Shown one piece after another: positions 62,684 through 64,000 of a DNA stretch of 64,000 nt. Position 1 is the first letter of the stretch, and the number at the start of each line of letters is the position of its first letter. The notes below the pieces were generated by a model. That model did not search any database. It was not told the origin of the DNA and saw only the letters and a list, made by a program, of their open reading frames with translations. This DNA comes from Paraspadella gotoi (Eukaryota; Animalia; Chaetognatha): positions 22,996,320 through 23,060,319 of the forward strand of contig CM119264.1 in NCBI GenBank assembly GCA_051294375.1, read 5' to 3'. A program made the position numbers and the translations under genes.

Positions 62684-64000
62684 GTTTGACGGAGAGTAAA
62701 AGTGAGAATTATCTTTTTTTGCAGAAAAATCAAAGAGGATGAAAAAAGTAATCGAGTTCCGGAGGCGAAGATAGAAAAAGATGAGAAAAAAGTGGATACG
62801 AAAAATTTGGTTAATGGAGTTTTGATTTGCGGAGAATTCGCTATTTTATAAAGAGCGCTATTTTCGGAAAGCGCCCAACTTCTGTTTTTAAGCATTGAAT
62901 TTACTTTTAAGCTTAATATTTAACCCCAATCCAATCGGTAAACTTAATTCCTAACCTAATCCTTAACCCTAATCCATAATAATACTAACTATAAACTTTA
63001 ATCCCTAACCATTATCCTTGAGCAAAATCTAATAATCTAATCTCAAACCTAATCCTTAGCCTAATCTCTATACCTAACCCTTGATCTAATTTTTCAACCT
63101 AAAAACTAACTTAATTTTGAGTTTAATTTGAAATGGGGCGACTTTGAAAAACCGGCCTAAAATAAAAAAGACTTTCCGATTGAATTTCAAGATAACTTAA
63201 CTGAAGTATCACTTTTTATAACAGGTGAACCTGACCTTTACTTAAAAAAGCCTTCGCCTGATTCTTCGCCAGACGAGATTAACGCCTGAGGCTTCGCCGG
63301 ACGAGAGTCACCAGGCGATTATCAGGCGAGACGATGATTTCACTTCACGTGACTTTCGCGGTGAAAAAAAAAGTCACGAAAGAGAATATCTTTTCTTTTT
63401 TCTCTCCTTTGATTTTGAAGAGAAACTGAGGAAAAGTGAGGAGGAAGAAGATGAAGAGGACGACGACGACAAAGATGGATTTAAACATGAGGACGAAGAC
63501 AAAAAAGATGAATTTTAGTATGATGATGGAAACGACGACGACGAAGACGACGACAACGACGAGGTTCTCACTGGAAACCGACGTGAAACGAGGCCATCGG
63601 CCGAATTGCGCCTTCGCCATCACAAATCCATCTACTTCTCGATTCCAATAAATCTTTCCTTCGCTAATAACAACGACAACAAGAAGAACGACAACAACAC
63701 AATATTCAGCAATAATTTGGAGGACTACGACTTGGATGGTGACGACGATTATGATGATGACGATGATGAAGTCAACTAATGTAGTTGGGAGACATTAGAA
63801 GGCGATTTAGGAAGATATGATCGGACGATGGCTGTCAATGAATCGGTTTAAGGATAAGACAAAGGGAAGGAAAGGAGAGGAAAGAAAAGGAAAGGAAAGG
63901 AAAGGAAAGGAAAGGAAAGGAAAGGAAAGAGAAGGGAGGAAAAGGAAAGGAAAGAAAGAGAAAATAAAGGGAAAGGGAGAGGAAAGGAAAAGAAAGAAAG

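Overview
This is eukaryotic, animal-like genomic DNA from a draft assembly with many N gaps and noisy, indel-rich stretches. There is one clearly recognisable gene: a complete 12-exon Niemann-Pick C1 (NPC1/NPC1L1-family) sterol transporter on the + strand (2046-8395, about 1,310 aa). Two exons of a probable immunoglobulin-domain gene lie upstream of it. The main observation is the splicing code. When I reconstructed NPC1 by hand against the conserved protein, only 3 of 11 introns began with GT; the best-fitting donors of the others are GC (4), GA (3) and GG (1). All eight non-GT donors share the context MAG|GNRNG, while every GT donor lacks part of that context. Acceptors are all AG, often AAG, with weak pyrimidine tracts. 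The remaining ~55 kb has no confidently identifiable protein. It holds (GA)n/(GAC)n microsatellites, two Helentron-associated (HINE/DINE-1-like) elements, a 2-kb foldback transposon with an 8-bp target-site duplication and a visible empty site, and several multi-kb direct and inverted duplications. Those duplications may be assembly or amplification artefacts. All analysis was by eye; no alignment, database or RNA data were available.
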